A stretch of DNA of 64,000 bases from Azolla caroliniana (Eukaryota; Plantae; Polypodiophyta), in contig JBHGNT010000004.1 of assembly GCA_043228905.1 (NCBI GenBank), positions 19,406,001 to 19,470,000 on the forward strand, read 5' to 3'. Of the stretch, positions 1-13,249 are shown piece by piece. The position numbers and the translations under genes are program-made. Under the pieces are notes generated by a model, which did no database searches, had not been told where the DNA came from, and was given only the letters and a program-made list of their open reading frames with translations. Position 1 is the first letter of the stretch; each line of letters starts with the position of its first letter.

Positions 1-2185
1 GTACGAGATGTACAATGTTTTCTAGGTTTTGCTAACTTCTACTGCAAGTTTATATAGGATTACTTGAAGATTATTTTACCTCTCACACAACTTATGAAGA
101 AGGGACAAGCATTTCTGTGCTCCAATGAAGGGGACATGGCTTTTCGGTATCTTAAGAAAGCCTTTACATCAGGTCCTATTCTAGCTCATGTAGATACAAA
201 GAAACCATTCATCATGGAGGCCGACGCATCGGATTTCGCCCTCGGTAGCATCCTTTCTCAACAAGGAGATAAAGAAGAGTTACATCCTATGCCTTTCCAT
301 TCGCGCAAATTCGATGCCGCGGAAATCAACTACGAAATACATGACAAGGAGTTATTAGCCATGGTGGATTCCTTTGTGCAATGGCGGCATTTCTTAGAGG
401 GCTCTCCACATCATGTCATCGTCTTTAGTGATCACAAAAATCTTGCTTCTTTCCAGAATGCTCGGGTTCGAAATTGACGGCAAGCTCGGTGGGCTCAATT
501 CCTCACGCGTTTTGACTTCAAAATCACATATCGACCGGGTATGCAACAAGGAAAAGCAGATGCGCTATCACGACACCTCGTCCTGGTGATCCAGTGTTTG
601 ATAATCAAAAGCAAGTAATCTTGGGAACAACACGATCGCACACAACGCGGATTTTTCACACCCCAATGGATTCCCGGATTACCGATGCCATACATGCGAA
701 CTTGAAGATGGATGGTTTTGCTCAAGACATTCTGGTGCACATTGATACCTCTCGCGCATCCTGTTCCCAATCTCAACAACCAGGTATGGACTACCGACAA
801 GTCGAATATCATGATGGTTTGTTATTCTTTAAAAAGCTTGTATATGTCCCCGATTGCTCCTGTTGCCTTCAAATCATCCAAAATTGTCCCGACACCCATA
901 CGAAGGGACATTTCTGTAGTGCTAAGACCTTGGATCTCGTTCAATGATCTTTTTGGTGGTCCCATATGCGACGTTTTGTCGATAACTACGTTCGGACTTG
1001 TGATGCTTGCTGCCGAGCAAAGATGCCCCGACACTAGCCATAAGGCTTGTTGGAACCCTTTCCGATTCCAAGTAAGCCGTGGCAGTCTATTTGTCTTGAT
1101 TTTATCATAGATCTACCGGTCTCGAAGGGGTTCGATGCTATCTTAACTGTCGTTGATCGATATACTAAGATGACACATTTTGTGCTGTGTACTAAGGCCA
1201 TCACTAGCGAGGAAACCGCCGCCCTTGTCATGCGTGAGGTATTTCGACATCATGGCTTCCCAAACAGTATCATTAGTGACCGAGGACCTCAATTTGTCTC
1301 CAAATTTTGGCAGCATCTTTTCAAGATGCTCAAGGTCTCTTTCAACGTCTCCTCTGACTACCATCCCCAAACCGATGGGCAAAGGAACGAACAAACCAAA
1401 CGTTGGAACAATATCTCCGGTGTTTTCTGAGTTATCAACAGGACAATTGGGCCGAGATTCTCGACTTTGCAGAGTTTGCATATAATAATGATTTCCACTC
1501 CTGGACTTGGGTTTCCCCATTTTACAGTTATACTGGTTCTCATCCTCGCTGGTCGGTGATCGATACCCCAGAGCTAACTACCAATCCTCGTGCCGAGGAT
1601 CATTTGGAGAGGCTACGCAAGATCCAGATGGATCTCTCTACTCATCTTTGTCATGCTCAACAAACACAGAAGACTTATGCGGATCATCATAAGCTTCCCT
1701 CCTCTTTTGCCATTGGAGATCGAGTATGGCTCTTACGTCATCACATCAAGACTACTCGACCGTGCGACAAGTTGGATTATCGATGACTCGGTCATTTCCG
1801 TATTACTTGTAAGGTTAATGATGTCACTTTCCGGCTTGATCTCCCTCCGCATCTTCAGATACATCCGGTTTTCCATAGCTCTCTTCTTGAACCTCATAAA
1901 GCAAACACTATTCCCGATCGTGTTACACCACCGCCGTCCCCACTGGAGTTGAAGCCAGCCTGGAGTATGATGTTGCTGCCGTCCTCGATTCCAAAATTGT
2001 TCGCAACAAACTTTATTATTTGGTCGATCGGTTCGGCTATAGTTCGAGCGAACGTACTTCGGAACCCGTTGAACATGTCGCCAATGCTCAGGATCTTCTT
2101 GCTGAGTTCCACCGAAAGTATCTTGACAAACCCGGTCTGCAATCAGCGCCAACTCGTTCCACTCGTCATCTTAAGGGAGAGATAG
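1..2185 (+). pseudogene. pol: Degenerate pol (RNase H-integrase-chromodomain)
   Basis: Broken into ORFs 64-477, 594-947, 1047-1430 and 1403-1786 by stops and frameshifts. Confidence 0.9.
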
Positions 2186-2615
2186 TGTCATGATATGGCA
2201 AGACTCGAACCCATGACCTTATGTTATATGGGTCGAGCTCTTGACCATTATACCATCTATTGTAATACGTAGGATATTATTTTCATTTAAGTTTTATTAT
2301 AGGAAATTAATGTAAATTCCAGATTTCTCTGGAACATTCTAGAAGCTTCAGGATTTCTCTTGAGAACACTGTAAAAGAAGGCACTAGGCATTATTTTGAA
2401 CCAAATTGGTTCAACGCCAGTCTTAAGCCTCATAACCCTTTTGTACTTATTCTTCACAGAATATATCCTCTGTTATTATCATCATCTCTCTCTCTCTCTC
2501 TCTCCTCTTCTCTCTTCCTATCTCTGGAGTCTTACGCGGTCTTGTCCTCTTAGTACTAATAGTACTTCACTTTTCCAGTACTAATTCTCTCTCTGTTTAA
2601 GTACTATTCTTGACA
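2186..2615 (+). repeat. LTR of family A (430 bp)
   Basis: TGTCA...TGACA termini directly after the PPT; reverse complement matches 33592-34027 and 44505-44858. Confidence 0.93.
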
Positions 2616-3575
2616 GACATCCCCCCACACAACAAGTGTAGCGACAACACAGTCGGATGTCGGGGGGTTGTGATGAGGTAGAATGTGAGTTCCTCCTGAT
2701 GCGCCCCGACTTGAAGTACCAATGGGATAGTGGCTTTGGTAACCGACCCCGAAGAGAGAACCCAACCGTTGATCATCTTAACGGATATGGGTTGTGATGT
2801 GCAGATGGTGGGGATAATATGTGTGCGGACAAACGATTTATCGATAAAGGAAGTAGATGCTTTGAAGTTGAGCAAGCCATGAGAATGTATTGAAGTTGAA
2901 CCAAAAAGAACCCTCCTAATGCAGGAACGGGCTTGTAGGAGCGTGGAGATGGTGAATAACGGGAAGCGTCTAGCGGCATGGCTCCTACTACAATCGGACA
3001 TGGTCGTTTTCCTGTTGTCGAGGAACCTTCGCAAGAAGTGCACGATGGAGTTGGTGCCGCGGGCCCGCACTGGGCAGTGACGGATAACAGGGCCAGGGTT
3101 GCGACAATAGAGATAGAGTTCATTGTACTGACAATGTTGGCATTGGGCTTCAGTTAGTGGCTGGAACCGAGCATGGTCGATCTCCATCGGGGTATGGAAA
3201 TCAACCTCCGTCGTGGTATGGGTATCACTGGGTGAGGGTAAGGTTGGCAAGGGAGGTAAGTAAGGCTTGGTGATTGATGTGTTTCGGGAAGAAGCATGAG
3301 ACCCGCGAGTACCCTGTTTTTCTTGACGAAGTTCGAAAAGACAATTGTCACACTAAAAAACTTGGGACATTACTTGAGATAACAATGTGGGCTCCAGGAA
3401 GTTTAAGAAAAGAGTCATGACATCGTTTTGGAATAAGTGACGGAAATGGCTGCATAGGGCTTGGTCATCCCAACTGATATCACAACCAATCTGATGGAAC
3501 TCTAAGGCTGGATGTGAGCCTTATTGGAAAGAATAAACCTTTGTGAGTGTTGTTCGTCGCCGGTCTGTCTCTAGG
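2616..3575 (-). pseudogene. gag: Degenerate gag-protease fragment of a family C-like chromovirus
   Basis: PMEID motif, LYLYCRNPGPVIRHCP knuckle and protease remnant, collinear with 19600-20620. Confidence 0.85.
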
Positions 3576-3869
3576 TCCTGAATGGGATTCATGCACAAGT
3601 CTCAACTGCGACGACCTGAAATTTTAACCATTGAGTCAATTTTTTTGCTCAAATTAATTATTATAGTTAATTGCATTTGCAAACAATAATCCATGTACAC
3701 ATTCGATACATAATATTATATGTCAAAGCCCTCCGATAACAATGTATAATGTCAAGCTCATTGTTTGTCGAGCTTAGGTCTCCATGACCATAACGTGGAC
3801 TTCTAACCACGAAAGTACATCCCATTAACGACCCCGAAATTCAGTGTACATTCACGTGTGAAAACTATT
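3576..3869. repeat. Isolated fragment of the tRNA-His satellite unit, last ~55 bp inverted
   Basis: Matches the unit sequence (GCTCAAATTAATTATT...GAGCTTAGGTCTCCATGACC); 3815-3869 is the reverse complement of the unit segment TAGTTTTCACACGTG...GGGATGTAC. Confidence 0.85.
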
Positions 3870-3872
3870 TTT

Positions 3873-4112
3873 TGTTGATCATATGATCGTTAGCAAGGAG
3901 TGCGAATGGTGTATCATTGGTGCACAACTTAGAGAGCATGAGAGCATGAGAGCATGAGAGAGAGAGAGAGAGAGATTAAACCTTGATAACTTAAATTTAT
4001 ATAGGGATTAAAACTAAAATACAACTAAAATATCTAAAAATATAATGAGAAAGGGAGAGACGGCTAGTCATTAAGTATTAATTAAAAAGACTAAAAAAAA
4101 GATACTAACATG

Positions 4113-4165
<53 letters not shown>

Positions 4166-4697
4166 AGAGCAAAGCTATTACTAATTATCATTAAGATTGA
4201 AAAAGAAATTACATAGGGATATGGTCATGAGCAAACTAGTTTCACCCACTACGGGGATCATCAATGCTAAAATGACCATTAGGGGTGGATAGGTTTATAT
4301 AAGGAGTTTTAGGAGAGGGTTTAGAGAAATGATAATAGGGAGTGGGGGTATGCTTATGGATATGATTTGAAAAAGGGGAAGATTTGGAGAAGAAGGAAAA
4401 GGATATTATGAGCTTTAATGTGACAAGGGGGAGGTTTTGGTATAAGGAAAAAGAGGTTATAATGTTAAGGAGGGATAAGAAAAAAAGAGAGAGTTAGGAT
4501 ATGAAATGTAAAAAGAGGGGAAATATTAAAAGAGGAGTTAAGATTGAGGGGGAAATAAGGAAAATATGTGAGATAATGAGAAGGGAAGGGGAGAGAGAGA
4601 GAGAGAGAGAGATAAGGGGAGTGAGTAGATCTATGAGGATCAAGGGTGGGAAAACGAGAGAAAACGAGTCAAGTTAAAATATATGGAAATCGATGAG
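3873..4697 (-). mobile_element. GA-rich non-coding element, diverged copy 1 (carries a degenerate hammerhead)
   Basis: Starts TGTTGA...CAAGGAGTGCGAATGG like 55778 and 58965; shares the 4221-4600 block with them; (GA)n tracts; right boundary approximate. Confidence 0.75.
4221..4279 (-). ncRNA. Degenerate type I hammerhead ribozyme
   Basis: Minus strand ATGGTCATTTTAGCA-TTGATGA-TCCCCGTAGTGGGT-GAAACTAGTT-TGCTCATGACCAT; core C3 changed to U and stem II closing pair lost. Confidence 0.6.
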
Positions 4698-5802
4698 AGG
4701 GGTAGCCATTCGGCGAAGGTCGAGATGATAGCTGCAAGCTCCTTGTCGTAGATTGGATAATTGGTTTTCGGGGCTGTAAACTTCCGAGAGTAGAAGGCGA
4801 CTATATGTAGGGTGCCATCGTCATCGGGCTGAGACAAGACCGCACCTATGGCAAAGTTGGAGGCGTCAATTTCAACCTACAAAGGGTTGGTGGGGTCGGG
4901 GTGGACTAACACGGGGGCGGAGAGAAAAGCTACTTTAAGGCCATTAAAAGCATTGTGTGCCATGCGAGTCCAATGAAATGGAGTATCTTTCCAGGTAAGT
5001 TGGATGAGAGGTTGGACTAGGAAGGGAACCCATCTATAAATGGTCTATAAACATTTGCAAAACCAAAAAACGATTGTACCATTTTCAACCGAGTCAGGAG
5101 TGGCCAATCAATGATTGCCGCTACCTTGTGTTCATCTATTGTGATCCCAGTAGATGAGATCATGTAACCCAACAATTCGATAGAGGTTTGATTGAATTCA
5201 CATTTCTCAGTTTTGGCGATGAGTCCATTTCTCACTTTGTTGAGACCCCAATAATCCACACATAAGCGTAAGGAGCCGCCCTTCTTTTTTCAGAAATAAG
5301 ATTGGTGTCCTGGCCAGTGATTTGGAGGGTTGAATGAAGCCCTTCACGAGATTCTTAGCCACATCTGTGCGGAGAGCCTCATGTTCTGGTTCAGATAACC
5401 CATAGATAGGACTGAATGGGGGATGCTCGCCAGCTTGGAGTTCGATTGGGCAATCGTAGGGGCGTTAAGTCGGTAACCGATCGATATTGCGCTTTTCGAA
5501 GATGTCGAAAAAGTCGCTATATCGGACGGATAAATTGTTGACAGGAACAATGACATCCCCCCACTCAACGGCTAGTGTAGTGACCAAACCGAACTCGACC
5601 GCAACGGAATCAAGAGAGTGTCGTGAGCTAGCAAGAATTGGCCTTACTAGAAAAGTGATTGAGCGGTTACACCAATCCACCATCGGATTGTGTGTCTCCA
5701 ACCACGATAGCCCCAACACAATCGGATGTCGGGGGGTTGTGATGAGGTAGAACATGAGTTCCTCTTGATGCGGCCCGACTTGAAGTACCAATGGGATAGT
5801 GG
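4698..5802 (-). pseudogene. pol: Family C-like chromovirus protease-RT-RNase H fragment with internal RT deletion
   Basis: PIVLGLSWLETHNP; DYWGLNKV joined directly to GLIAKTEKCEF; NYPIYDKELAA. Confidence 0.85.
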
Positions 5803-6590
5803 AATGTATTCCAGGGTGCCCTGCTGAGGGTGCATCATGGCATTCAAGAAGAATTGTCTTTTTGACCTTAGGCAAATCTTGGAACACAAACCTTCCCATT
5901 ATGGTAGCGCGGACCGTTAGCAATGTGGAAGTATTCTTTTGAGGATGTGGTGGTGTCTGTTCCAGACTCAACTCTTGCCCATTATTTCGCAAAATAACTG
6001 TCATCAGGATACTTTCCTCGAAGGTGATAATAAAGATTTGATGTTATTTCAGTGAAGCTAAGCATGTTAACTTCACGGATGCGACTTAGTGCATCAACGA
6101 CAGTGTTCATGGAACCTTTAGGATATCGTATGGAAAAATCAAAGTCCTGGATGAGATCAGTGCATCGTGCCTTATGACCTTTCAGGTCTTGTTGGTCACA
6201 AAAATATTTCATGGACTCGTGGTCCGTAGTTACCACAAAGCGATTTCTAAAGATAATGGCGCCATGTTTTGAGCGCATGTGTAACTGCAAATAATTCTTT
6301 CTCTTCAACGGTATACCGACATTGAGCAGAATCAAGTTTCTTACTCTCGAATGCTATTAGTTTACCATCTTGATATAAGACAACACCTATAGCATAATCG
6401 CTTGCATCGGTATCAAGCTCAAAAGGTTTTGAAGGATCAGGTAAAAGAAGTGAAGGACCCTTGCATACAAGGTCCTTGAGTTCCTTAAAGGCGAGGTCTA
6501 GTGTAGCATTCCAGACAATAGGTTTTATAGACTTACACGTTTGACCTTTTAGAAGATTAGTAAACAGTGTTGTCAACAAGATGATGAAAT
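5803..6590 (-). pseudogene. pol: Fragment of another Ty3/Gypsy pol (RNase H to integrase zinc finger)
   Basis: TDASDYAIG, EKELFAV, TDHESMKY, ECHDAPSAGHPG. Confidence 0.8.
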
Positions 6591-7225
6591 GAGGGTAGCT
6601 AGGCCTCTTATTTTTAGCGATACCCAAGGCCCCCAGGGAAGTTCACACTTGACCTAATGGGTTGTCTCAATCCCAAGGATTAAAAGTAATCCTCCCCTTC
6701 TTTACACTCTTGTTAAACCCTCACACTTATCCACATCTATAGAATACTACAATAAATTCTCACCACGGCATATTATATGGTCATGCCCGTGACAGTTAAT
6801 GCAATGTACGCGCAAGTGTCGACTACGGCGACCTCGAAATTTAACCACTGAGTCGATTTTTTTGCTCAAATCAATTATTATGGTTATTTGCATTTGCAAA
6901 CAATAATCCATGTACATGTTCGATACGTAAAATGCGTCAAGGCCCTCCGATAACAATGTATAATGTCAAGCTAATTGTTTGTCGAGCTTAGGTCTCCATA
7001 ATCGTAACATGGACATCTAACCACTAAATTAAAACCACAAAATGTTTTAAACCGTAAACAACCTTGTTTGGGAAAAACATTTGATAGAAACCTTTGTTGG
7101 GGATAGTTGGTTGTATCCTTTTGCTCAAATTAAATTGTTACGCTCCTCGGTATTTGCAACCAATTGCCTATCTCAAATCCATTGGGATTCGAAGCATCTT
7201 TACAAGTTGATACACTAAAATTTGG

Positions 7226-7297
7226 TGTGGTTGCTGGGATTCGAGCCCAGGCCTCCACGGCCACAACGTGGAATTCTAACCACTAAACTACAAACAC
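7226..7297 (-). tRNA. trnH-GUG: tRNA-His(GUG), near-intact (2 substitutions)
   Basis: Cloverleaf with anticodon loop TTGTGGC; one acceptor-stem mismatch. Confidence 0.7.
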
Positions 7298-8142
7298 CGA
7301 GTTTGTCTTGCCAAATTGGAACTAACTCTTCACAACCGCAACATGGAGTTGTAATCACTAAGTACTAACCTCCCATGTTGCATGCATAAATTCATAGCTA
7401 CACTGTATATAACATATCAGGCAAGTTTCCATAAAGGCATCCATCAATGTCGAATTCTAATTACGAAGACTTGACTTCGTATGTGGCGTGAATAAATTGA
7501 TGTACACAATCTATATGACATATGAGGCAAGTCTCGATAAAACCATGGACAAATTCATGTGCACATTCTATATGAAATAGGAGCCAACATTGCACTCGTG
7601 ACAATATTGGGCAATGTGGAAAATAAAAACCAATGATAAGCCAACTTCATACCTTGCCGAATTTAAAATCTAACAGTTTTCACACGTAAATGTACACTGA
7701 ATTTCGTGGTTGTTAATGGGACGTACGCGCAAGTGTCGATTGCGACGACCTTGAAATTTAACATCTGAGTTGATTTTTTTGCTCAAATTAATTATTATGG
7801 TTATTTGCATTTTCAAACAATAATCCATGTACACATTCGATACCTAATATGCGTCAAGGCCCTCCGATAACATTGTATAATGTCAAGCTCATTGTTTGTT
7901 GAGCTTAGGTCTCCATGACCGTAACGTGGAATTCTCACCACTAAACTAAAACCACAAAATTCAATTAAACCCTAAAAAATCATGGTTGGGACAAACATTT
8001 GATAGGAACCTTTGTTGGGGATGGTTGGTCGTATCTTTTTACTCAAATTAAATTGTTAGGCTACTTGGTATTCGCAACCAACTGCCTATCTCAAATCCAT
8101 TGGAATTGGAAATATCCTTACAAGTAATATACTCAGTTTTGG

Positions 8143-8214
8143 TGTGGTTGCTGGGATTCGAACCCATGTGTCCATATCCACAACGTGGAATTCTAACCAC
8201 TAAACTACAACCAC
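8143..8214 (-). pseudogene. Degenerate tRNA-His copy
   Basis: Several substitutions in the anticodon and T stems. Confidence 0.8.
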
Positions 8215-9046
8215 TGAGTTTGTGTTGCCAAATTGGAACTAACACTTCACAACCGCAACATGGAGTTGTAACCACTAAGTACTAACGTCCCCTATTGCAT
8301 GCAGAAATTTATAGCTACACTCTATATAACATATTAGGCAAGTCTCGTTAAAGGCATCCATAGATATGGAACTCTAATCACTAAGGCTTGACTTCCTATA
8401 TGGTGTGAATAAATTGATGTACACAAATTATATGACAGATGGCGTAACTCTACATAAAGCCATGTAGAAATTTATGTGCACATTCTATATGAAATAGGAG
8501 CCAACATTGCACTCGTGACAATATTGTGCAATGTGGAAAACGAAAACCAATGGTATGCCCACTTCATACCCTGCTGAATTCAAAATGTAACAATTTTCAC
8601 ACGTAAATGTACACTGTTAATGGGATGTACACGCAAGTCTCGACTGTGACGACCTCGAAATTTAACCACTCAGTCGTTTTTTTTGCTCAAATTGATTATT
8701 ATGTTATTTGCATTTCCAAACAATAATCCATGTACACATTCGATACCTAATATGCGTCAAGGCCCTCCGATAAAATTGTATAATGTCAAGCTCATTGTTT
8801 GTCGAGCTTAGGTTTCCATGACCATAATGTGGACTTCTAAGTACTAAAGTACAACAAAAAATGGTCTTAAATTGAAAACAATCTTGTTTGGGATGAACAT
8901 TTAATAGGAACTTCTGTTGGGGGAGGTGGTCGTAGTTTTTTGTCCAAACTAAATTGTTCTGCTCCTCGGTATTTGCAACCAACTTCCTATCTCAAATCCA
9001 TTGGGATTCAAAGCATCTTTTTAAGTTGACATAGACTCAGTTTTGG

Positions 9047-9118
9047 TGTGGATTTTGGGATTCGAGCCCAGCTCTCCATGGCCACAACATGGAATTGTAA
9101 CTACTAAACTACAACCAT
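9047..9118 (-). pseudogene. Degenerate tRNA-His copy
   Basis: Acceptor-stem mismatches. Confidence 0.8.
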
Positions 9119-9946
9119 CGAGATATTGTTGCCAAATTGGAACTAACTTTTCGCAATTGCAACATGGAGTTGTAACCACTAAGTATTGACTTTCCCTGTT
9201 GGATGCATAAATTCGTGGCTACATTCTTTATAACAGATTAGGCAAGTTTCCATAAAGGCGTCCATAACTATGAAATTCTAATCACTAAGACTTGACTTCC
9301 TATGTTGCGTGAAAAAATTGATGTACATAATCTATATGACATATGAGGCAAGTCTCAATAAATAAATGGACAAATTCATGTACACATTCTATATGAAATA
9401 GGAACCAACATTGCACTCGTGACAATATTGTGCAATGTGGAAAATGAAAACCAATTATATGCCAACTTCATACCCTGTTGAATTCAAAATCTAATAGTTT
9501 GCACACGTGAATGTACATTACATTACCAGCAAGTCTCGACTGCAACGACCTCACATTTTAACCATTAAGTCGATTTTTTTTGCTCAAATTAATTATTATA
9601 GTTATTTACATTTGCAAACAATAATCCATACACATATTTGATACGTAATATGCATGAAGCCCCTCTGGTAACACTCTCTAATGTCAAGCTCATTGGTTGT
9701 CGAGCTTAGGTCTCCATGTTCGTAACGTGGACATCTAAGCACTAAAGTAAAACCACAAAATTCTTTTAAACCCTAAACAATCTTGGTTGGGATAAACATT
9801 TGATAGGAGTCTTTGTTGGGGATGGTTGGTCATATCCTTTTGCTCAAAATAAATTGTTACGCTCCTCAATATTTGCAACCAACTTCCTATCTCAAAACCA
9901 TTTGGATTTGAACCATCTTTCCAACTTGATATAGACACAATTTGGG

Positions 9947-10018
9947 TGTGGTTGTTGGGATTTGAGCCCAGGTCTCCACGGCCACAACGTGGAATTCTAA
10001 CCAGTAAATTACAACCAC
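9947..10018 (-). pseudogene. Degenerate tRNA-His copy
   Basis: T-arm and D-loop substitutions. Confidence 0.75.
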
Positions 10019-10590
10019 CGAGTTTATGTTGCGAAATTGGAACTAACACTTCACAACCGCAACATGGAGTGGTAACTACTAAGTACTAACCTCCCCTATT
10101 GCATGCTTAAATTTATAGCTACACTCTATATAACATATTAGGCAAGTCTCCTGAAAGGCATCCATATATATGGAACTCTAATCACTAAGACTTGACTTGC
10201 TATGTGGCATGATTAAATTCCTGTACACAATCTATATGACATATGAGGTAACTCTGTATAAAGGCATGGACAGATTTATGTCCACATTCTATATGAAATA
10301 GGAGCCAACATTGCACTCGTGACAATATTGTGAAATATGGAAAATGAAAACCAATGATATGCCAACTTCATACCTTGCCGAATTTAAAATCTAACAGTTT
10401 TCACATGTGAATGTACACTGAATTTCAGGGTTGTTAATGGGATGTACGCGCAAGTCGCGAACGCGACGACCTCGAAATTTAACCCACTGCTCAAATTAAA
10501 TTGTTACACTCGGTATTTCCAACCAACTTCATATCTCAAATCCATTGGGATTCAAAGCATATTTACAAGTTGATATAGACTCAGTTTTGG

Positions 10591-10662
10591 TGTGGTTGCT
10601 GGGATTCGAGCCCAGGTCTCCACGGCCACAACGTGGAATTCTAACCACTAAACTACAACCAC
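10591..10662 (-). tRNA. trnH-GUG: tRNA-His(GUG), intact consensus copy
   Basis: GTGGTTG TA GTTT AGTGGTTA GAAT T CCACG TTGTGGC CGTGG AGAC CTGGG CTCGAAT CCCAG CAACCAC A; perfect acceptor stem; plant-type tRNA-His; G at -1 (10663) and CCA (10588-10590). Confidence 0.92.
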
Positions 10663-11448
10663 CGAGTTTGTGTTGCCAAATTGGAACTAACTCTTCGCAA
10701 CCGCATGGAGTTGTAACCACTAAGTATTGACTTTCCATGTTGCATGCATAAATTCTTGGCTACATTCTATATAACACATTAGGCATGTTTCCATAAAGGC
10801 GTCCATTAATGTGGAATTCTAATCACCTAGACTTGAATTCTTATGTGGCGTGAATAAATTGATGTACGTAATCTATATGACATATGAGGCAAATTCATGT
10901 GCACATTCTATATGAAATAGGAGCCAACATTGCACTCGTGACAATATTGTGCAATGTGGAAAATGAAAACCAATGATATGCCAACTTACTACCTTGCTGA
11001 ATTCAAAATCTAACAGTTTGCACACGTGAATGTACACTGAATTGACCAGCAAGTCTCGACTGCGATGACCTCACATTTTAACCATTAAGTCGATTTTTTT
11101 GCTCAAATTAATTATTATAGTTATTTACATTTGCAAACAATAATCCATGTACACATTCGATACGTAATATGCGTTAAGGCCCTCCGCTAACATTGTATAA
11201 AGTCAAGCTCATTGTTTGTCAAGCTTAGGTCTCCATGACCATAATGTGGACTTCTAAGAAGTAAAGTACAACCACAAATGGTCTTACATGGAAAAGAATC
11301 TTGGTTGGGAGGAACATTTGTTGGGGTTCGGTGGTCGTAATTTTTGGCTCAAATTTAATTGTTATGCTCAGTATTTGCAACCAACTTCCTATCTCAAATC
11401 CATTGGGATTCGAAGCATCTTTACAAGTGGATATAGATGCAGTTTTGT

Positions 11449-11520
11449 TGTGGCTGTTGGAATTCGAGCCCAGGTCTCCACGTTGACAATGTGGAATTCT
11501 AACCACAAAACTACAACCAC
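11449..11520 (-). pseudogene. Degenerate tRNA-His copy
   Basis: Anticodon loop mutated; stem mismatches. Confidence 0.8.
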
Positions 11521-12362
11521 CGATTTAGTGTTGCCAAATTGCAACTAACTCACAACCACAACATGGAGTTGTAACCACTAAGTATGACTTTCCATGTTGC
11601 ATGCATAAATTCAGGGCTATATTCTATATAACAGATTAGGGAAGTTTCCATAAAGGCGTCCATAACTGTGGAATTCTAATCACTACGACTTGACTTCCTA
11701 TGTGGCGTGAATAAATTGATGTACACAATCTATATGACATATGAGGCAAGTCTCGATAAAGCCATGGACAAATTCATGTGCACATTCTATATGAAATAGG
11801 ATCGAACATTGCACCCGTGACAATATTGTGCAATGTGTAAAATGAAAACCAATGATATGCCAACTTCATACCCTGCCGAATTCAAAATCTAACAGTTTTC
11901 ACACGTGAATGTACACTAAATTTCGTGGTTGTTAATGGGATGTACGCGCAAGTGTCGATTGCGACGACCTCGAAATTTTACCACTAAGTCGATTTTTTTG
12001 CTCAAATTAATTATTATGGTTATTTGCATTTGCAAAAAATAATTCATGTACACATTAGATACATAATATGCGTGAAGCCCCTCCGATAACATTGTCTAAT
12101 GTCAAGCTCATTGTTTGTCGAGCTTAGGTCTCAATGACCATAACGTGGACATCTAACCAGTAAAGTAAAACCACAAAATTCTTTTAAACCCTAAACAATC
12201 TTGGTTGGAATAAAGATTTGATAGGAACCTTTGTTGGGGATGGTTGGTCCTATCTATTTGCTCAAATTAAATTGTTACGCTCCTCGGTATTTTCAACCAA
12301 CTTCCTATTTGAAATCCATTGGGATTTGAAGCATCTTTATACGTTGATATACTCAGTTCTGG

Positions 12363-12434
12363 TGTGGTTGATGGGATTTGAGCCCAGGTCTCCACGGCCA
12401 CAATGTGGATATCTAACCCCTAAACTACAACCAC
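12363..12434 (-). pseudogene. Degenerate tRNA-His copy
   Basis: Multiple substitutions. Confidence 0.78.
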
Positions 12435-13249
12435 CGAGTTTGTGTTGCCAAATTGGTACTACCTCTTCACAACCGCAACATGGAGTTGTAACCACTGAGT
12501 ACTAACCTCCCCTGTTGCATGCATAAATTTATAGCTACATTCTATATAACATCTTAGGCAAGTTTCCATAAAGGCGTCTATAAGTGTGGAATTTTAATGA
12601 CTAAGATTTGACTTCATATGTGGCATGAATAAATTGATGTACACAATCTATATGACATATGAGCCAAGTCTCGATAAAGCCATGGACAAATTCATGTGCA
12701 CATTCTATATGAAATAGGAGCCAACATTGCACTCATGACAATATTGTGCAATGTGGAAACTGAAAAGCAATGATATTCAACTTTATACACTACCGTATTT
12801 AAAATCTAATAGTTTTCACACGTGAATGTACACTGAATTTCAGGGTCGTTAATGGAATATACGCGCAAGTCATGACAACGACAACCTCGAATTAATTATT
12901 ATGGTTATATGCATTTGCAAACAATAATCCATGTACACATTCAATACGTAATATGTGTCAAGGCCCTCCGATAACATTGTATAATGTTAAGCTCATTGTG
13001 TGTCGAGCTTAGGTCTGCATGACCATAACGTGGATATCTAACCACTAAAGTATAACCAAAAAATGCTCTAAAATTGAAAACAATCTTGGTTGGTACGAAC
13101 ATTTGATAGGAACCTTTGTTGGTGATGGTTGGTCGTAGTTTTTTGCTAAAATTAAATTTTTATACTCGTCAATACTTGCAACCAACTTTCTATCTAAAAT
13201 CCATTGGGATTCGAAGCATCTTTACAAGTTGATATAGACTCCGTTTTGG

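Larger units (their letters stand above)
1..2615 (+). mobile_element. 3' part of a Ty3/Gypsy chromovirus (family A, Tcn1/Tf1-like): RT end, RNase H, integrase, chromodomain, polypurine tract (PPT), 3' LTR
   Basis: Motifs ADASDFALG, NYEIHDKELLA, DHKN, PWQSICLDFI, ISDRGPQF, HPQTDGQ and a frameshifted chromodomain; purine tract AAGGGAGAGATAG at 2173-2185. Confidence 0.93.

Noticed and set aside
6590-6790. Unassigned ~200 bp between the Gypsy fragment and the satellite
   Set aside because: No repeat match, motif or structure that I can support
11449-11520. Apparent anticodon switch (GUC) in one tRNA copy
   Set aside because: Accompanied by several stem-breaking changes; best read as neutral decay
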